64,000 nt of DNA from Glaucostegus cemiculus. Its lineage: Eukaryota. A program made the translations under genes and the position numbers. Shown here one piece after another: positions 20,347 through 32,529 of this stretch. The notes below the pieces were generated by a model that searched no databases, was not told where the DNA came from, and saw only the letters and a program-made list of their open reading frames with translations. Positions within the stretch are counted from its first letter, which is position 1; every line of letters begins with the position of its first letter. The DNA lies in NCBI GenBank assembly GCA_976551045.1, contig CDPCPM010000010.1, positions 37,448,001 to 37,512,000 on the forward strand. Direction: 5' to 3'.

Positions 20347-22836
20347 CTAACTGTATGTCAATTTCGATTGTTTTTGGAAGCACCTCACCTCAGTGTTTAC
20401 ATTGTAGTTGGAGGCTTCAGACATTATCATTCCTGGCTTCTCTTTCCCAATAGGTTTCTTCTGGGTACAACTCTTTGCAGTAGATAGCCCACACGTTTGT
20501 CGCGGCGTGAAGTCTCTCTTCACAGACTGCAATGTTGAACACGATTCGTAACGGAAACTCTGAGAAAGTGGATCACCCCCGAATACCTCAACATAATTCG
20601 GTGGTATCTGAAGACTTCTGCTGGCCTTTTGAATTCCATTCAGCGAGTTCCTTGTTTTGAAACAACAGCAGACATTCAGAGTACCACAATGATGCCCCAC
20701 TCTAGTTCTGTTTTCACGAACCTTAACAGCCAGAATAACTAAAACCACGAAGAAAATGATAGATGTTGTCGCCAAGGATATGACCAAGTAAAGGTTCAGA
20801 TCAGGATTGAACTCTGGATCTGTAGACAAACTAGTGGCACTGGAGAATGTTTCACTCCCTTTGACAGATAGCACTATTGTCACAGTGGCAGAAAGTGATG
20901 GTGATCCGCTATCTTTTACGACAATCACCAGCCTTTGTTTTGAAGCATCCTTGCTGCCAATACCACGGATAGTCCACACTTCTCCCGTGTCTGCTGAAAT
21001 AGTGAACAGATCGCGATGGGTAGCCTGAAAAATGTGGTAAGACAGACGGGCATTTTGACCAGCGTCGGCGTCAGTAGCTGATATCTTGACAACGAGGTAT
21101 CCCGGTTCAGCAAACCTGGATATTGTCTCCATTGCTGTTGATCCATATTGGGGTAAAGGATTCACGATCACTGGAGCGTTATCGTTGTGATCAAGGACAA
21201 CAACATCCACTGAAGCGTTACTGGTGAGGGGCGGAACTCCAGAATCGTGCACCTGAACTTGGATCTGGAAGTTTTTCAATTGTTCGTAGTCAAACGATCT
21301 CTGAGCAAACATGACACCAGTCTGTGAGTTGATGGAGACATATGGGGCTGCGGATGAACTTAGGATAGTAAAGTTCAGTCGGGCATTCTCTCCCATGTCT
21401 GGATCGAAGGCTGTCAGAGAGAATATGGAATCCCCAATAACGTTGTTCTCCATGACGCTAGCCGTGTATACGGACTGCGTAAAGCTTGGTGGGTTATCAT
21501 TTACATCTGAAACCTCCACACTAATCGTTTTCTTGGACGTGAGGGGAGGGCTCCCTGCATCCGTGCAATTTATAATAATATCAAATCTGGAGGTAGTTTC
21601 GTGATCCAGTGTATGCTGTATAAGTAGTCTGTAAATGTTTTTCTCAGATGAATCCAGCTTAAAGGGCAGTTTGTTTGAAATTTGACACTGTGCCTGCCCA
21701 TTTTGTCCAGAATCTTTGTCATCGACACTGACCAGTGCCACAACCATTCCGACCGAGGAATCCTCTGGCACTGTACTTGACGTGGACGTCAGGGTCATAT
21801 CAGGGGCATTGTCGTTCACATCGATAACATCCAGCAACACATCACAGTACTGGGGCATTGCGTCAGGACCATTGTCGATCGCTTCTATGTTAATCTCAAA
21901 AAAAGTGTTTTTTTCATAGTCCAAATGGCCTTTGAGTGTGATTTCACCTTTTTTGGAATCCACGCGAAATAATTCACGAACGTTTGCTGAATTATGGCTG
22001 CTGAGTGAATACGTTATCTCGCCATTAGCGCCATCGTCCAAATCAGAGGCATTTAATGTAATAATTAAAGATCCTATTGCAGCCGATTCCAACAGACTTA
22101 CGCTATAAACCAACTGAGCGAAGACGGGAGAATTGTCGTTCGCATCCTTCACGGTAATTGTTATCAGGACCTCACCCGATCTCACAGGGACTCCGCCATC
22201 TTCGGCTAACAATGTTAACTCGTGTGCTGGTGTTGTTTCTCTATCCAAGGGTCTCTGCAGCACCAACACTGGTAACTTTCCTTTCCTGCTGCGTGAGCGC
22301 ACATCAAGAATGAAATATTCATTGGGAAGGAGCTGGTATGACTGCAAGGAATTAGTCCCAGTGTCCGGATCGTGTGCGGTCTCGAGTGGGAATCGCGCTC
22401 CCGTTGCCATAATCTCGGAGATTTCCAGGCGGATCTGGCTACTGGGGAAACTGGGAGCATTGTCATTTACATCGAGAATCTCCACTTCCACCTGGTGCAG
22501 ACTGAGGGGATTTTCAAGCACAACGTTGAAGGTTAAAACGCATTCAGCTCTCGGCCTGCAAAGTTGCTCTCTATCGATTCTTTCATTTACAAATAAAATC
22601 CCCTTCTCCAAGTTTACGTCAACATACTGCTTAGTCGGACTGGGCGCTACACGTAAACTGCGAGCAGACAGCTGCTTTAAATCTAACCCCAAATCAATGG
22701 CGATATTCCCAACAAAGGCGCCCAGTTGCAATTCCTCGGGAACAGAATATCGAATCCGCCCAGAAACAAGATTCCAGCGGGAGAACAAATAGCAAAGCAG
22801 TTGGTATTTCAGCAGCCAATATATGTTATATCTCAT
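20347..22836 (-). CDS. Clustered protocadherin variable exon, intact (829 aa to read-through stop; donor at 20389)
   Basis: Signal peptide; EC1 GRIRYSVPEE...DREQLCRPRAEC; six EC repeats; TM LYLVISLATTSIIFFVVLVILAV; conserved VCD; GAG|GTGAGG donor. Confidence 0.96.
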   Translation of the reverse strand: MRYNIYWLLKYQLLCYLFSRWNLVSGRIRYSVPEELQLGAFVGNIAIDLGLDLKQLSARSLRVAPSPTKQYVDVNLEKGILFVNERIDREQLCRPRAECVLTFNVVLENPLSLHQVEVEILDVNDNAPSFPSSQIRLEISEIMATGARFPLETAHDPDTGTNSLQSYQLLPNEYFILDVRSRSRKGKLPVLVLQRPLDRETTPAHELTLLAEDGGVPVRSGEVLITITVKDANDNSPVFAQLVYSVSLLESAAIGSLIITLNASDLDDGANGEITYSLSSHNSANVRELFRVDSKKGEITLKGHLDYEKNTFFEINIEAIDNGPDAMPQYCDVLLDVIDVNDNAPDMTLTSTSSTVPEDSSVGMVVALVSVDDKDSGQNGQAQCQISNKLPFKLDSSEKNIYRLLIQHTLDHETTSRFDIIINCTDAGSPPLTSKKTISVEVSDVNDNPPSFTQSVYTASVMENNVIGDSIFSLTAFDPDMGENARLNFTILSSSAAPYVSINSQTGVMFAQRSFDYEQLKNFQIQVQVHDSGVPPLTSNASVDVVVLDHNDNAPVIVNPLPQYGSTAMETISRFAEPGYLVVKISATDADAGQNARLSYHIFQATHRDLFTISADTGEVWTIRGIGSKDASKQRLVIVVKDSGSPSLSATVTIVLSVKGSETFSSATSLSTDPEFNPDLNLYLVISLATTSIIFFVVLVILAVKVRENRTRVGHHCGTLNVCCCFKTRNSLNGIQKASRSLQIPPNYVEVFGGDPLSQSFRYESCSTLQSVKRDFTPRQTCGLSTAKSCTQKKPIGKEKPGMIMSEASNYNVNTEVRCFQKQSKLTYS

Positions 22837-23019
22837 TTCCAGGAGAAATCATTCCAATGGTTTCACTGCCAGACAATATCTTTCAAGGGTAGCTTGATTC
22901 AAACAGGACAAATTCAACACAGAAAATATCTCTACCTCGTTTGCGAATTGTTCGATTGCTTTCATTTAAATATTTTAACCTTGTCTCTCATTCGAAATCA
23001 TACGTGCACAAATCCTTCC

Positions 23020-23236
23020 GAGCTGCTGGCTAGGCAGTTTTCACGGCGTCTGAGCTTAAGCGATGGCGGCTGAGTAATGAAGTGGGCTGTGCAGATCACC
23101 AGTCACAACTCGGCTTCTAATTGGTTGAATATGTAGCAATCATATTTGACCAATTGGAGTGCAGCTCATTTCTTAAAGCTAGCCGTGCATAATTTGGAGC
23201 AGAAGTGCCATATTTCTTGCTGCACAACTGAAATTT
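23020..23236 (-). promoter_or_regulatory. Pcdh promoter cassette
   Basis: Plus strand: gagctgctgg...GATGGCGGCTGAGTAATgaagtgggctgtgcagatcacc...ATTGG(23120)...CCAAT(23150)...TTCTTAAAGC(23170)...ttgctgcacaactgaaattt. Confidence 0.8.
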
Positions 23237-24099
23237 CTTTCATCACTTTGGATAGTTCGGATTTTTTGCAAAATGCTTGCAGTAAATCCCAATGTTCAAG
23301 AAGAATGGTACACTTAAAGTATTTTATACATTAAATGCGAAGAATGAATGGTTCTTAAAATCACTGCGAAATAGAACAATGTCCGTCATCATGCTAATAA
23401 CCCAACATTTCTCCTACGCTTCCTATTAATCCATCATGATTTACAATCATGAGCATCTGTTAATTACTATATTGACAAGTCTCCGAACAGAAACAAAATG
23501 ACAATTGCTTAATGAAAATTAAAAATAAATGTGTTTCTCTCTAATGCGGAAATTAACTTGTCAAAAGCAATTTCCTCTGGATTCTGAAACTTGATTCTTG
23601 ATTATTAGTTTTATTTTAATTTCGTCTAGTTTGCAGTATCAGAAGCGAATTATCAATTTGCATTCATAGCTTTCAAATTTTTAAGAACTTTCTTGAAAAT
23701 ACTTCTCATCTCTCCTGGTGAAGCGAAAATTAGTGTGTCTGTCTTTGTTTAAAGTCATTATGTTTATCATTATGTCTCCTTCCTGTCTTTATATTACAGC
23801 TACATTTTAGGTAGTATTGCACAACTGACCATAGAATTAATGTGTATGATGGTAGTATACTGAATCGAATTCCAGTATTCTCCGAGGTACCATTACATTA
23901 AAAAAATAATACCCTAGATTTAAAATTTTCCTGGTAATTTTAGAATTCAATCTGGTAACGAGATAATAATCACTCTGGTAACGAGATGCAGTTGCCTTTT
24001 TTTTTCAGAGTATGCCGTGACTTTGCTGTTTTGTTCCAAAACTTAATAAATTAAAATACACTTTTGAGATTTCGCAATGATTTCACTGCATTGGCAGAT

Positions 24100-24663
24100 T
24101 TAGAATCAGGTTCATTATCACTTTCTTATATGACATGAAATTTCTTGTTTTGCAGCAGCAGGAGTGCAAGGACATAACATTACGATAAAACATAAAATAA
24201 AAAAAGTGCAAAAAGAAAAGAATGAGGGAGTGTTCATCAGTTCAAGGACCTTTCAGAAATCGGAGGACAGAGGGGAGAAGTTTCTGAATCGTTGAGTGTG
24301 GGTCTTCAGGCTCCTATACCTTCTCAGAGAAGAGGGCATGTCCCAGGTGGTGTGGGTAAAATGATGGATGCCGCCTTCTTGAAGATGGCCTCGATGGCAG
24401 CGAGGGTTGTGCCTGTGATGGAGCTGTCTAGGCCTATAACCCTCAGCAGCCTATTGCCACCTGGTGATTTGGAGCCTCAATACCAGGCTGTGATGCAACC
24501 AGTCAGAATGTTCTCCACTGTATATCTATAGAAATTCGCAAGGAGTTTTTGGTGACATACAAATCTTCGCACATTCCTCACAAGTAAAGCCGCTGGCGTG
24601 CCTTCTTCGTGATCACATCAATGTGTTGGGCCCAGGACAGGTCATCGGAGAAATTCACACCCA
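24100..24663 (-). mobile_element. Rex1/Babar-like LINE 3' fragment
   Basis: Minus-strand translation contains RQRLYL...NFYRYTVENILTGCITAWY, typical of the Rex1/Babar C-terminal region. 3' tail agaatcagg...ttatcact. Absent in copy 1 (~7245). Confidence 0.7.
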
Positions 24664-27600
24664 CACTTCTGTCTGTGCAACTTGAAGTATAAACGATGTT
24701 TCTCTCATTTATTCATATACCTCTCGACGAGGAAAAGTAAACGTGTACACGATGTCCACCCACTTATAAAATGAAGGACCCGACTACAGAGCAATCAAGA
24801 AAAATCCGACAGAAAGCAATACTCACGTGATGGAACTGACTCATCTATACTGGAGCCGTGAAACTACTGTTCATGTTTTGTTTGTTATTCCACGCATTTT
24901 AGTTACTGCTCGAACAGTTCCAGTAAATTGATTCTTAATGGCTCTTCCTTGCATCGGGAATAATCAACAGCGGTTAACATGTGCGTGGATTTACCTTGAT
25001 GTGTCTACTTTAGTGGCTTGAATTCCACTTGAAAGGCTTCGGAGTGGGGGGGGGGTGGTGGTGTCACCCTGACAACGCAAATATCAAAGCTGTCAAGCTC
25101 ATTGCTATAAATTTTAAATATCTGTACCAGTCAAAAACATACAAAAACAATAATAACATATTTGAATATACTAAATATATTTTTTAACGGAGAACAAAGC
25201 AAACGATTAAATCACAGAAATAATTAATATTTGTAGAAGACGAAATCTTGTCTTTTCCCTTGCTGTTTGTCAGCAGCCATGTGATCACCTATAAAATCAA
25301 TGGGAGCTGAGATCATGTGCACGACCAAACATCAAATTGACTATTCACCTGTACAAATTCTGTTTTACTCAGCAACACTCCATGGTGTTGGACTCCATGT
25401 GGAGTTGAATGGTACAGGAAACTGGGAATGCTCTGAAGCGGTCAGTTAGTTCGAACTTCCTTCTTTTCAGAAGATACGTATGGAAATACAGGACTTGCTT
25501 TCAATTTAAATCCACTGCTCTGTTGCGATCTCCTCCCTTAGTCCAGCGTGATCCGGATATTTATAATGTATTCATTTCTGAAACTCTTTTGCGAAACCCG
25601 TGCACTTCTGCCGTCATCAGTAACATCATCTGTATACCAACGGCATTGTATCTGAGCAGCATCCAAGCTATGGATAACGGTGGGTCATAAACCCTTAGAT
25701 TAAATTATCAGAATACCTTCTACGTAAGAGGCTTTAGTAGAGCTGCAGCTCTGTGTTTTACCCAACATGTTGTAAAATTGTACTGTTAGATAATGTGCTT
25801 GAAAATCAGTCATTCTAATCCAGCCAACTACTATCACTTCAGTTTTGCCTCAGTCATCCATGAAGCGATGGAAGCTCCTGTCAGCAGTGCTGTCAAGAGA
25901 CAAATATATCTGCTCTCCTTGTGCTTTCAACACAGCACGCCAGTTCAGTGACATTTAACTTGTCCAAACATGGAAAAAATTCTAATCCAAAAGTAAAGGG
26001 AGACTGACACCGTTTGAATGTGAATGGCATTAAACAACCTCTGTAGAATCACAAGCAAATTTTCTCTATCTGGAGACGCAGCTCATATCAAGTACTTAAT
26101 GTAAAAGGGTTAGCTCAAGGGGAGCAACACTGCATAGCCCTTTCCACTATAAGTCAAATACCAACCTGATATGGAAATATATCACCATACCTCATTGTCA
26201 GTGGATTGAATTCCAAGAACGTTCTACCAACAACATTACGGAAGGACAATCAGCAGAAGTATTTTCGCTGTTCAAGTGCTATATCAACACTTTTTCAAGG
26301 ATACTCAGATATGGGTAAAATAACGGTCTTGTCTGTGAAAAGCATCCCAGAGAAATTAATACCTAGAACAAGCAACATTGATTGTCGAGGACAGACAATA
26401 CCAAAACCAATGCATCATCCGAGTAATTCCTCAGAGCATTGACTAGGCCCCTCCATCTCTGGAACTTCATGAACAGACAGTACAATATTATGTGTGCAAT
26501 TTTGCTGGTCCACAAATAGTTGAATTAAATTCAATTTTTTTTCAGATAAGGAAGCTGTGAGTGGCCACGTGTATAAAGTCTTAGACAAAGTGGCTGCCTG
26601 TTAAGCGATGTAACATTCATATATGACTGTGCATTGGTTACTTCCAGCAACAAGAATAATCACTTTTCCCCGAACTGTATGGCACCCTCTTAACTGAGTA
26701 CATATTCTATTAACCTGAGTCTCAGAAGTTATCAGGTATAATTGAACATGATGCATGAAAGCTTTGTTTGTAAAATGTAAGGAGAAACTTTTTAGTAGTC
26801 TTTCCGCCTATGAGGATTAGCAAATCGGGATTTCTTCATAATATTCTTCATTTGCCTGAATTTGTAACCCTAATAATCCTTAGAGTGCCCAGTAATTTTC
26901 AGGTAAAAAACTTTAGTTGTTTAAAAATGCGCACAAATCTCCAAAAGTTCGTTCCATCCGCCACCGAATGCATTGACTCAACTCTCTGACTTATTCAAAA
27001 CCTCCGGAAAACTGGCCAACCAAGAAGTAGGATAGCAACTGCGAACGGACAGCACGACAAACTCCCATGCCCCAGTGACGTGGCTGTTAGCATTGGACAG
27101 AAATTACAAAATCAACTGCATAAACGCTTTGGCTATGCCAGATGGTCAGAAGCTGGACTTCTATGGGATATTGTAGTTCCCAGTACGTCGGAGGGGGTAG
27201 TAAATATTTCAATTGGATATTGGGATATTGTCAATTTTTTTCTGAGCAGAAAACCCAATCCCATCACAAAGATGAACAAAATGCAAGCAATGATTGCAGA
27301 TTGCTTCTCAATGATTAAATGCTTTAGAAGCTCATCTAGTCCACCACAAAGTGCACCACAATGTCTTTTCAGAAACAATGTCAAAATGTGTATCATTCTT
27401 TTGTTCTTACAAGAACAATGAACCGACTGAACCGAAAATCTATCTCATATTATCCTGACTTGAAAACATACCTTCGTCCCTTCATGATCACTAAGTGAAA
27501 ACTATGGAACACTCTCACACATGAAGGTGATGGACCCCTACCACGCAGATAATGGTGGGTCAAGAATGTCGCTCACTATCACATCCCCCTGGGTCATTAT

Positions 27601-29663
27601 ATACGACAAATGAAAAAAAAAATGCTAGCTTATTGACACTCATTTCGAAACAAAATTTAAATGGACAATCGTTTCAATTTGGATGGCCTGACTCCAATTA
27701 ACCTGTGTATTTAAGTGTTAAGTCACGGCATCCAACCCTTTTACAATATCTAATCTGGAACGGAATTGTGCTGAAGGCATAACTTCAACTCTTGGCTACC
27801 TAACTGGACGGAGTTTCTCGCATGGAAATATAAAGGTTTGTATGGAAACGGTCAGAGTTCTTGTTATACATTTGCGCAAAGTTCAGGTAAAAGGATCTAA
27901 AGTTTTAATGTTCCCATCAGGACATCCCAGTGAATGATGCAACCAAAGAAACATGTTTGAAGAGTTATCACTGCAGCAGCATAGGAAATATAGCAGCCAA
28001 CTTTTGCATAGCTTGTTTTCCAAAACGTAGAGTTAAAATGACCAGGTAATCTATTTTTATAAAACTGCTGATTGGGGACTTGACCTGATCCTCACGCATA
28101 ACTACTCTAATTTTCCTCCAAAGGCTCCGCAAGTTTTAAAGACTTCGAAAGCCTGCAAAATATTTTGCAAGACTCGAAAGACTTCGCAAGCAGCAGAAGA
28201 CAGGATCCGCCCAAGCACCATCTCCTGTAAAAGCGGTTTGCCCGAATGTTCAACAATGTCGCAGTCGTGCATTGAGATTTTTATACGCATGCCTCTAGAA
28301 CAGCATTTGAACTAGTCAGGTGTAACTGGAAGTGTGCTGGACGTGGGGAAAGCAGGAAACTCATTAGGCAAGGCAACGTGTGGAGAAGGGAAAAGAGGTA
28401 ACATTTTGATGTTTCATTTGAATTGAATACATGTGAGAATTCAAGAGCATTTAGCTGCAAAATAGGAGGCCAGTCATTTAAAAATGAGGTGCGTGGAAAT
28501 GTCTTTTCTCAGGGACATTCTAATCGCTGGAACTTTCTGCTCCTGTGGGTGTCAGAGGCCAGATCGTTAGATATAATAGACATGAGGTGGAGATAGATGA
28601 ACTTTTGAGAGCTTAAGGAATTGATGGTTATGGGCATGTGGTAAGGAAGAGGCCAGCATAGGTCAAGCAATATCTCATTGAATGGCTGGACAGGTTTGCG
28701 AAGCCTTCTCCTTCTCCGATTTTCTTGCCTTGTGTGTTCTTGTGAACAGGCCTAATTTAAAGTACATAGAAATTGTGGTACTGGCTTAGGTGAGGGGAAG
28801 TGAGAATGACGGTCATCTTTGTGATGGAAAGGAGTATGCTGCCTATGGGAGGTTTGGAGATGGATAAATATATTTTTTTAAAAAAAGATGAACGAGACCA
28901 GTTCGTAAAGAAAAAAATAACAATGGAACCGTGAGGGACAAAACACATAAGTTACAGGACATCTCAAACAAAGGGTATTGCTCATCCAACCACTGGCTAA
29001 CAACGGAGAGAGAAGAGAAGAAACGAGTTATTGTTGAAGGTGCAGGTCATTTTTATCTGCACTGGATGGCTCTACTACGGAAAGCAAATGGTGGTTGTCT
29101 GACATTGTTCATTGATTTCAGAGGGTAGAAAAATGCAGGGACAAAATCTGAGGTGCTGATCCTGGAGCTTAAATTGAGCTTATTTGGAAGAAGGTGTAGA
29201 GTGGAAAAATGAAGTCCTTCTAAACGGAAAAGTGTTCATTCAATTGACCTTTAACTTGTAAATGCGAGGAAGACATCATGAGCACTGAACACAATGTGCC
29301 AGTTTGGAAGAAGAACAAATGAATTGCTTCTTCATCTGGGAGAGTTGATTGTTTGTTAGATACGTGCGTGTTACCAACTGATCTACAGTCGAGAGAATCC
29401 GTAAGAAGGATTAAGAATGCCTCTCAAAATCAGAGAGACTTTGACAACATTGCCGAGAGAGTGCCTTACAACACGGAGAGTCCCTGTCCGAGAAAACTTC
29501 ACCACTATACCAAAATGTTGCCTGGAAACAATTTTAGCACAGAAAACAAAATACTACGTCAATATCTATCGTCTCTATCCCATACCTTGCTATATTATTG
29601 GTTCATATAAACACTCCTGCTTCCAAAGAAAACCCATGAGAATTTATTTTTCTCTGTTAAAAT

Positions 29664-32126
29664 TCACCTCACCTCAGGAACAATGTATTTTTCAGAATTC
29701 AACATTCCAGTATTTTCTTTCCCAACAGATTCACTCAGTACAAATTTCTTCTCTGCAGAATTTCTACATCTGCTGGGGAAGGTCAAATCTCTCCTGGTAG
29801 ACTGCAATGTCGAACATGACTCGTAACGGAATCTTTGGGAGAGAGGGTCGCCCCCAAACACTTCAACATAGTTCGCTGGTATCTGAAGGCTTTTACTTTC
29901 CTTCTGAATTCCATTCAAAGAATGTCTTGACTGAAGACAACAACAAGTACCCAGAGAATGGTGCTGGTAAACATTCCTGTTTTTGTGAACTTTAACGGCG
30001 AGGGTGACTAAAACTATGAGGAAAATGCTGGATATTGTTCCCAAAGCTATAACCAAGGAAAGGCTCAGTTCAGGAGCGAACGCCGGGTCTGAAGACGAAC
30101 TGCTGACACTGGAGAAAATTTCACGATCGGTTCCAACCACAGATAATACTATAGTCACAGTGGCAGAGAGTGATGGAATTCCATTATCTTTCACCGCAAC
30201 CACCAGCTTTTGTTTTGAGAAATCCTTGTTTAAAATTCGACGGATAGTCCAAATTTCGCCAGTGTCTTCGGAAATAGTAAAAATATCACGATGGGTGGCC
30301 TGAGCAATTTGATAAGTGAGACGAGCATTCTGACCAGAGTCAGCATCAGTGGCCGATACCTTGACAACCAAAGAACCTGGATCTGTGAACCTGGATATTG
30401 TTTCTATTGCTGTTGACCCATATTCAGGTAAAGGGTGTGTAATCACTGGGGCATTATCATTCTGATCAAGGATAACAACATTCACTGAAGCACTACTGTT
30501 GTGCGCTGGTGCACCAGAGTCCCGGACGTGAACTTGGATCTGAAAGTTTTTCAGTTGTTCATAGTCAAAAGATCTCTGAGCATAAATGATACCACTCGAC
30601 GAATTAATTGAGACGTAAGAAGTTATTGATGAATTCTGAACCAGAGACTCGAGGATAGAAAAGTTCAGTCGGGCATTTTGACCGATATCTGGATCTAAGG
30701 CCGTCAGGGAAATTATGGAAGCCCCAATAACATTGTTTTCCATAACATTTGCCGTGTAGATTGGCAGCGAAAACCTTGGTGCATTGTCATTTATATCTGA
30801 AACCTCGACCCGGATTGTTTTCGTTGAACGGAGAGGAGGGTCCCCCTTATCTGTGCATATTATGGTAATATCATACTTGGGGGTACTTTCGCGATCCAAC
30901 GCACGCTGTATAAGGATTCTGTAATAGTTCTTTATGGAGGGATCTAGCTTAAAGGGTAATTGGTTTGAAATTTGACAATGAACCTGACCATTTTGTCCTG
31001 AATCTCGGTCTTCTGCACTAAACAGAGCCACGACAGTCCCAAGTGGAGCGCTCTCTGGAATGGTATTTGAGGAAGACCTTAAAATCACCTCTGGCGCGTT
31101 ATCATTCACATCGACAATTTCCACCAATACGTTACAGTACTCGGGTATAGCGCCAGCACCCTTATCTATTGCCTGTATGTTAATCTCATAGACACTGCTT
31201 TCTTCATAGTCCAACTTTCCTTTGAGTCTTATTTCACCTGTTTTTGTGTTCACCTCAAAATATTTACGGGCCAAGGCAGAAATATGGCTACTAAAAGAGT
31301 ACATTATTTCTCCATTTGCACCATCATCCAGGTCTGTGGCGTTTAATCTGAGGACCAGCGTGCCTTTCGGTGCCGTTTCTAACACACTGACCCTGTAAAT
31401 CGACTGAGAGAATACAGGCGCGTTGTCGTTTACATCTTTTACTGTGATTGTAATCTGAATGGTTCCCGATTTCGGAGGCAAACCGCCGTCCTTGGCTGTT
31501 AACGTTAATCTGTGTGTTGCCATCATTTCTCTGTCCAAAGGCTTCTGTAACAATAATACTGGCAACTTGTCTTTCCCACTGCGCGTTTGGACATCCAGAA
31601 TAAAATATTCATTCGGCTGCAGCTGGTATGTTTGCAAGGCGTTAGTGCCAATATCCGGATCCAGTGCCGGTTCAAGAGGAAATCGCATTCCCGGTGATGC
31701 AGATTCAGAGATGTCAAGACTGAACTGTTTTTTGGGGAAAATGGGGGCATTATCATTTACATCGAGAATCTCCACTTCCACTTGGTACAAACTCAGGGGG
31801 CTTTCAAGCACAACGTCTAAGGATAAGCGGCAATCGAGATTCGACCCACAAAGCAGTTCTCTGTCGATTATTTCCTTCACAAATAGAACCCCATTGTCCA
31901 TATTTACGTCGAAATACTGCTTCCTTGCACTGGGCGCCACCCGCAATCGGCGAGCCTTCAGCTGCTTTGCATCTAAACCTAAATCTCCTGCGATTTTTCC
32001 AACAAAGGCTCCCAGTTGCAGTTCTTCAGGAACAGAATAACGAATCTGCCCCGAGACAATACCCCACGAGCAGAACACACAGCACAACAATTGGCATTTT
32101 AGCAACCAATATATTTTATTTTTCAT
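29664..32126 (-). CDS. Clustered protocadherin variable exon, intact (820 aa to read-through stop; donor at 29673)
   Basis: Same architecture as 13647-16115, its closest paralog. DRELLCGSNLDC; six EC repeats; TM; VCD; GAG|GTGAGG TGA. Confidence 0.96.
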   Translation of the reverse strand: MKNKIYWLLKCQLLCCVFCSWGIVSGQIRYSVPEELQLGAFVGKIAGDLGLDAKQLKARRLRVAPSARKQYFDVNMDNGVLFVKEIIDRELLCGSNLDCRLSLDVVLESPLSLYQVEVEILDVNDNAPIFPKKQFSLDISESASPGMRFPLEPALDPDIGTNALQTYQLQPNEYFILDVQTRSGKDKLPVLLLQKPLDREMMATHRLTLTAKDGGLPPKSGTIQITITVKDVNDNAPVFSQSIYRVSVLETAPKGTLVLRLNATDLDDGANGEIMYSFSSHISALARKYFEVNTKTGEIRLKGKLDYEESSVYEINIQAIDKGAGAIPEYCNVLVEIVDVNDNAPEVILRSSSNTIPESAPLGTVVALFSAEDRDSGQNGQVHCQISNQLPFKLDPSIKNYYRILIQRALDRESTPKYDITIICTDKGDPPLRSTKTIRVEVSDINDNAPRFSLPIYTANVMENNVIGASIISLTALDPDIGQNARLNFSILESLVQNSSITSYVSINSSSGIIYAQRSFDYEQLKNFQIQVHVRDSGAPAHNSSASVNVVILDQNDNAPVITHPLPEYGSTAIETISRFTDPGSLVVKVSATDADSGQNARLTYQIAQATHRDIFTISEDTGEIWTIRRILNKDFSKQKLVVAVKDNGIPSLSATVTIVLSVVGTDREIFSSVSSSSSDPAFAPELSLSLVIALGTISSIFLIVLVTLAVKVHKNRNVYQHHSLGTCCCLQSRHSLNGIQKESKSLQIPANYVEVFGGDPLSQRFRYESCSTLQSTRRDLTFPSRCRNSAEKKFVLSESVGKENTGMLNSEKYIVPEVR

Positions 32127-32320
32127 TTCCAGTCGAAGTCATTCCAATCGTTTTAGCCCCCGACTGTATTCTTCACTGTCCTTTTAACCGTTATTTCGTA
32201 ATAAATTGAACAGAGGCAGTATAGAAAATACTCGTACCTTTTTCAAATCGTTTGAAGTACTTCATTCAGATACTCGCATTTTGAATGCAATTGCCCGAGT
32301 ATTCTTGCAAAAATCCGACG

Positions 32321-32529
32321 GAGCTGCTGGATATCCAGTTTTCACTGTGTCTGATCTGACGTGATGGCGGCTGAGTCATGAAGGGGCTGTTCGGATCACC
32401 AATCACATCTCTGCTCCTGGTTGGTGGAGAAACTCATTGATATTCCGCCAATCAGAAATATGCCATTTTCTTAAAGCAAGTCAGACTTAAAAGTCCACGG
32501 ATACATTTATTGTTGTACAATTAAAATTT
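32321..32529 (-). promoter_or_regulatory. Pcdh promoter cassette
   Basis: Plus strand: gagctgctgg...TGACGTGATGGCGGCTGAGTCATgaaggggctgttcggatcaCCAAT...GTTGG(32420)...CCAAT(32448)...TTCTTAAAGC(32468)...ttgttgtacaattaaaattt. Confidence 0.8.

Noticed and set aside
22190-22210. GCCGAAGATGGCGG (minus strand) as a possible exonic CTCF site analogous to the Pcdh-alpha eCBS
   Set aside because: Explained by the A-x-D-G-G codons of EC2, and a weaker match in the paralogs; cannot be supported without a matrix scan or ChIP data.
22133-22792. 219-aa plus-strand ORF, and similar ones at 31459-32040, 15730-16029, 47358-48848 and 61409-61693
   Set aside because: Antisense shadow frames of Pcdh exons. Their recurrence simply mirrors cadherin codon conservation; no independent coding evidence.
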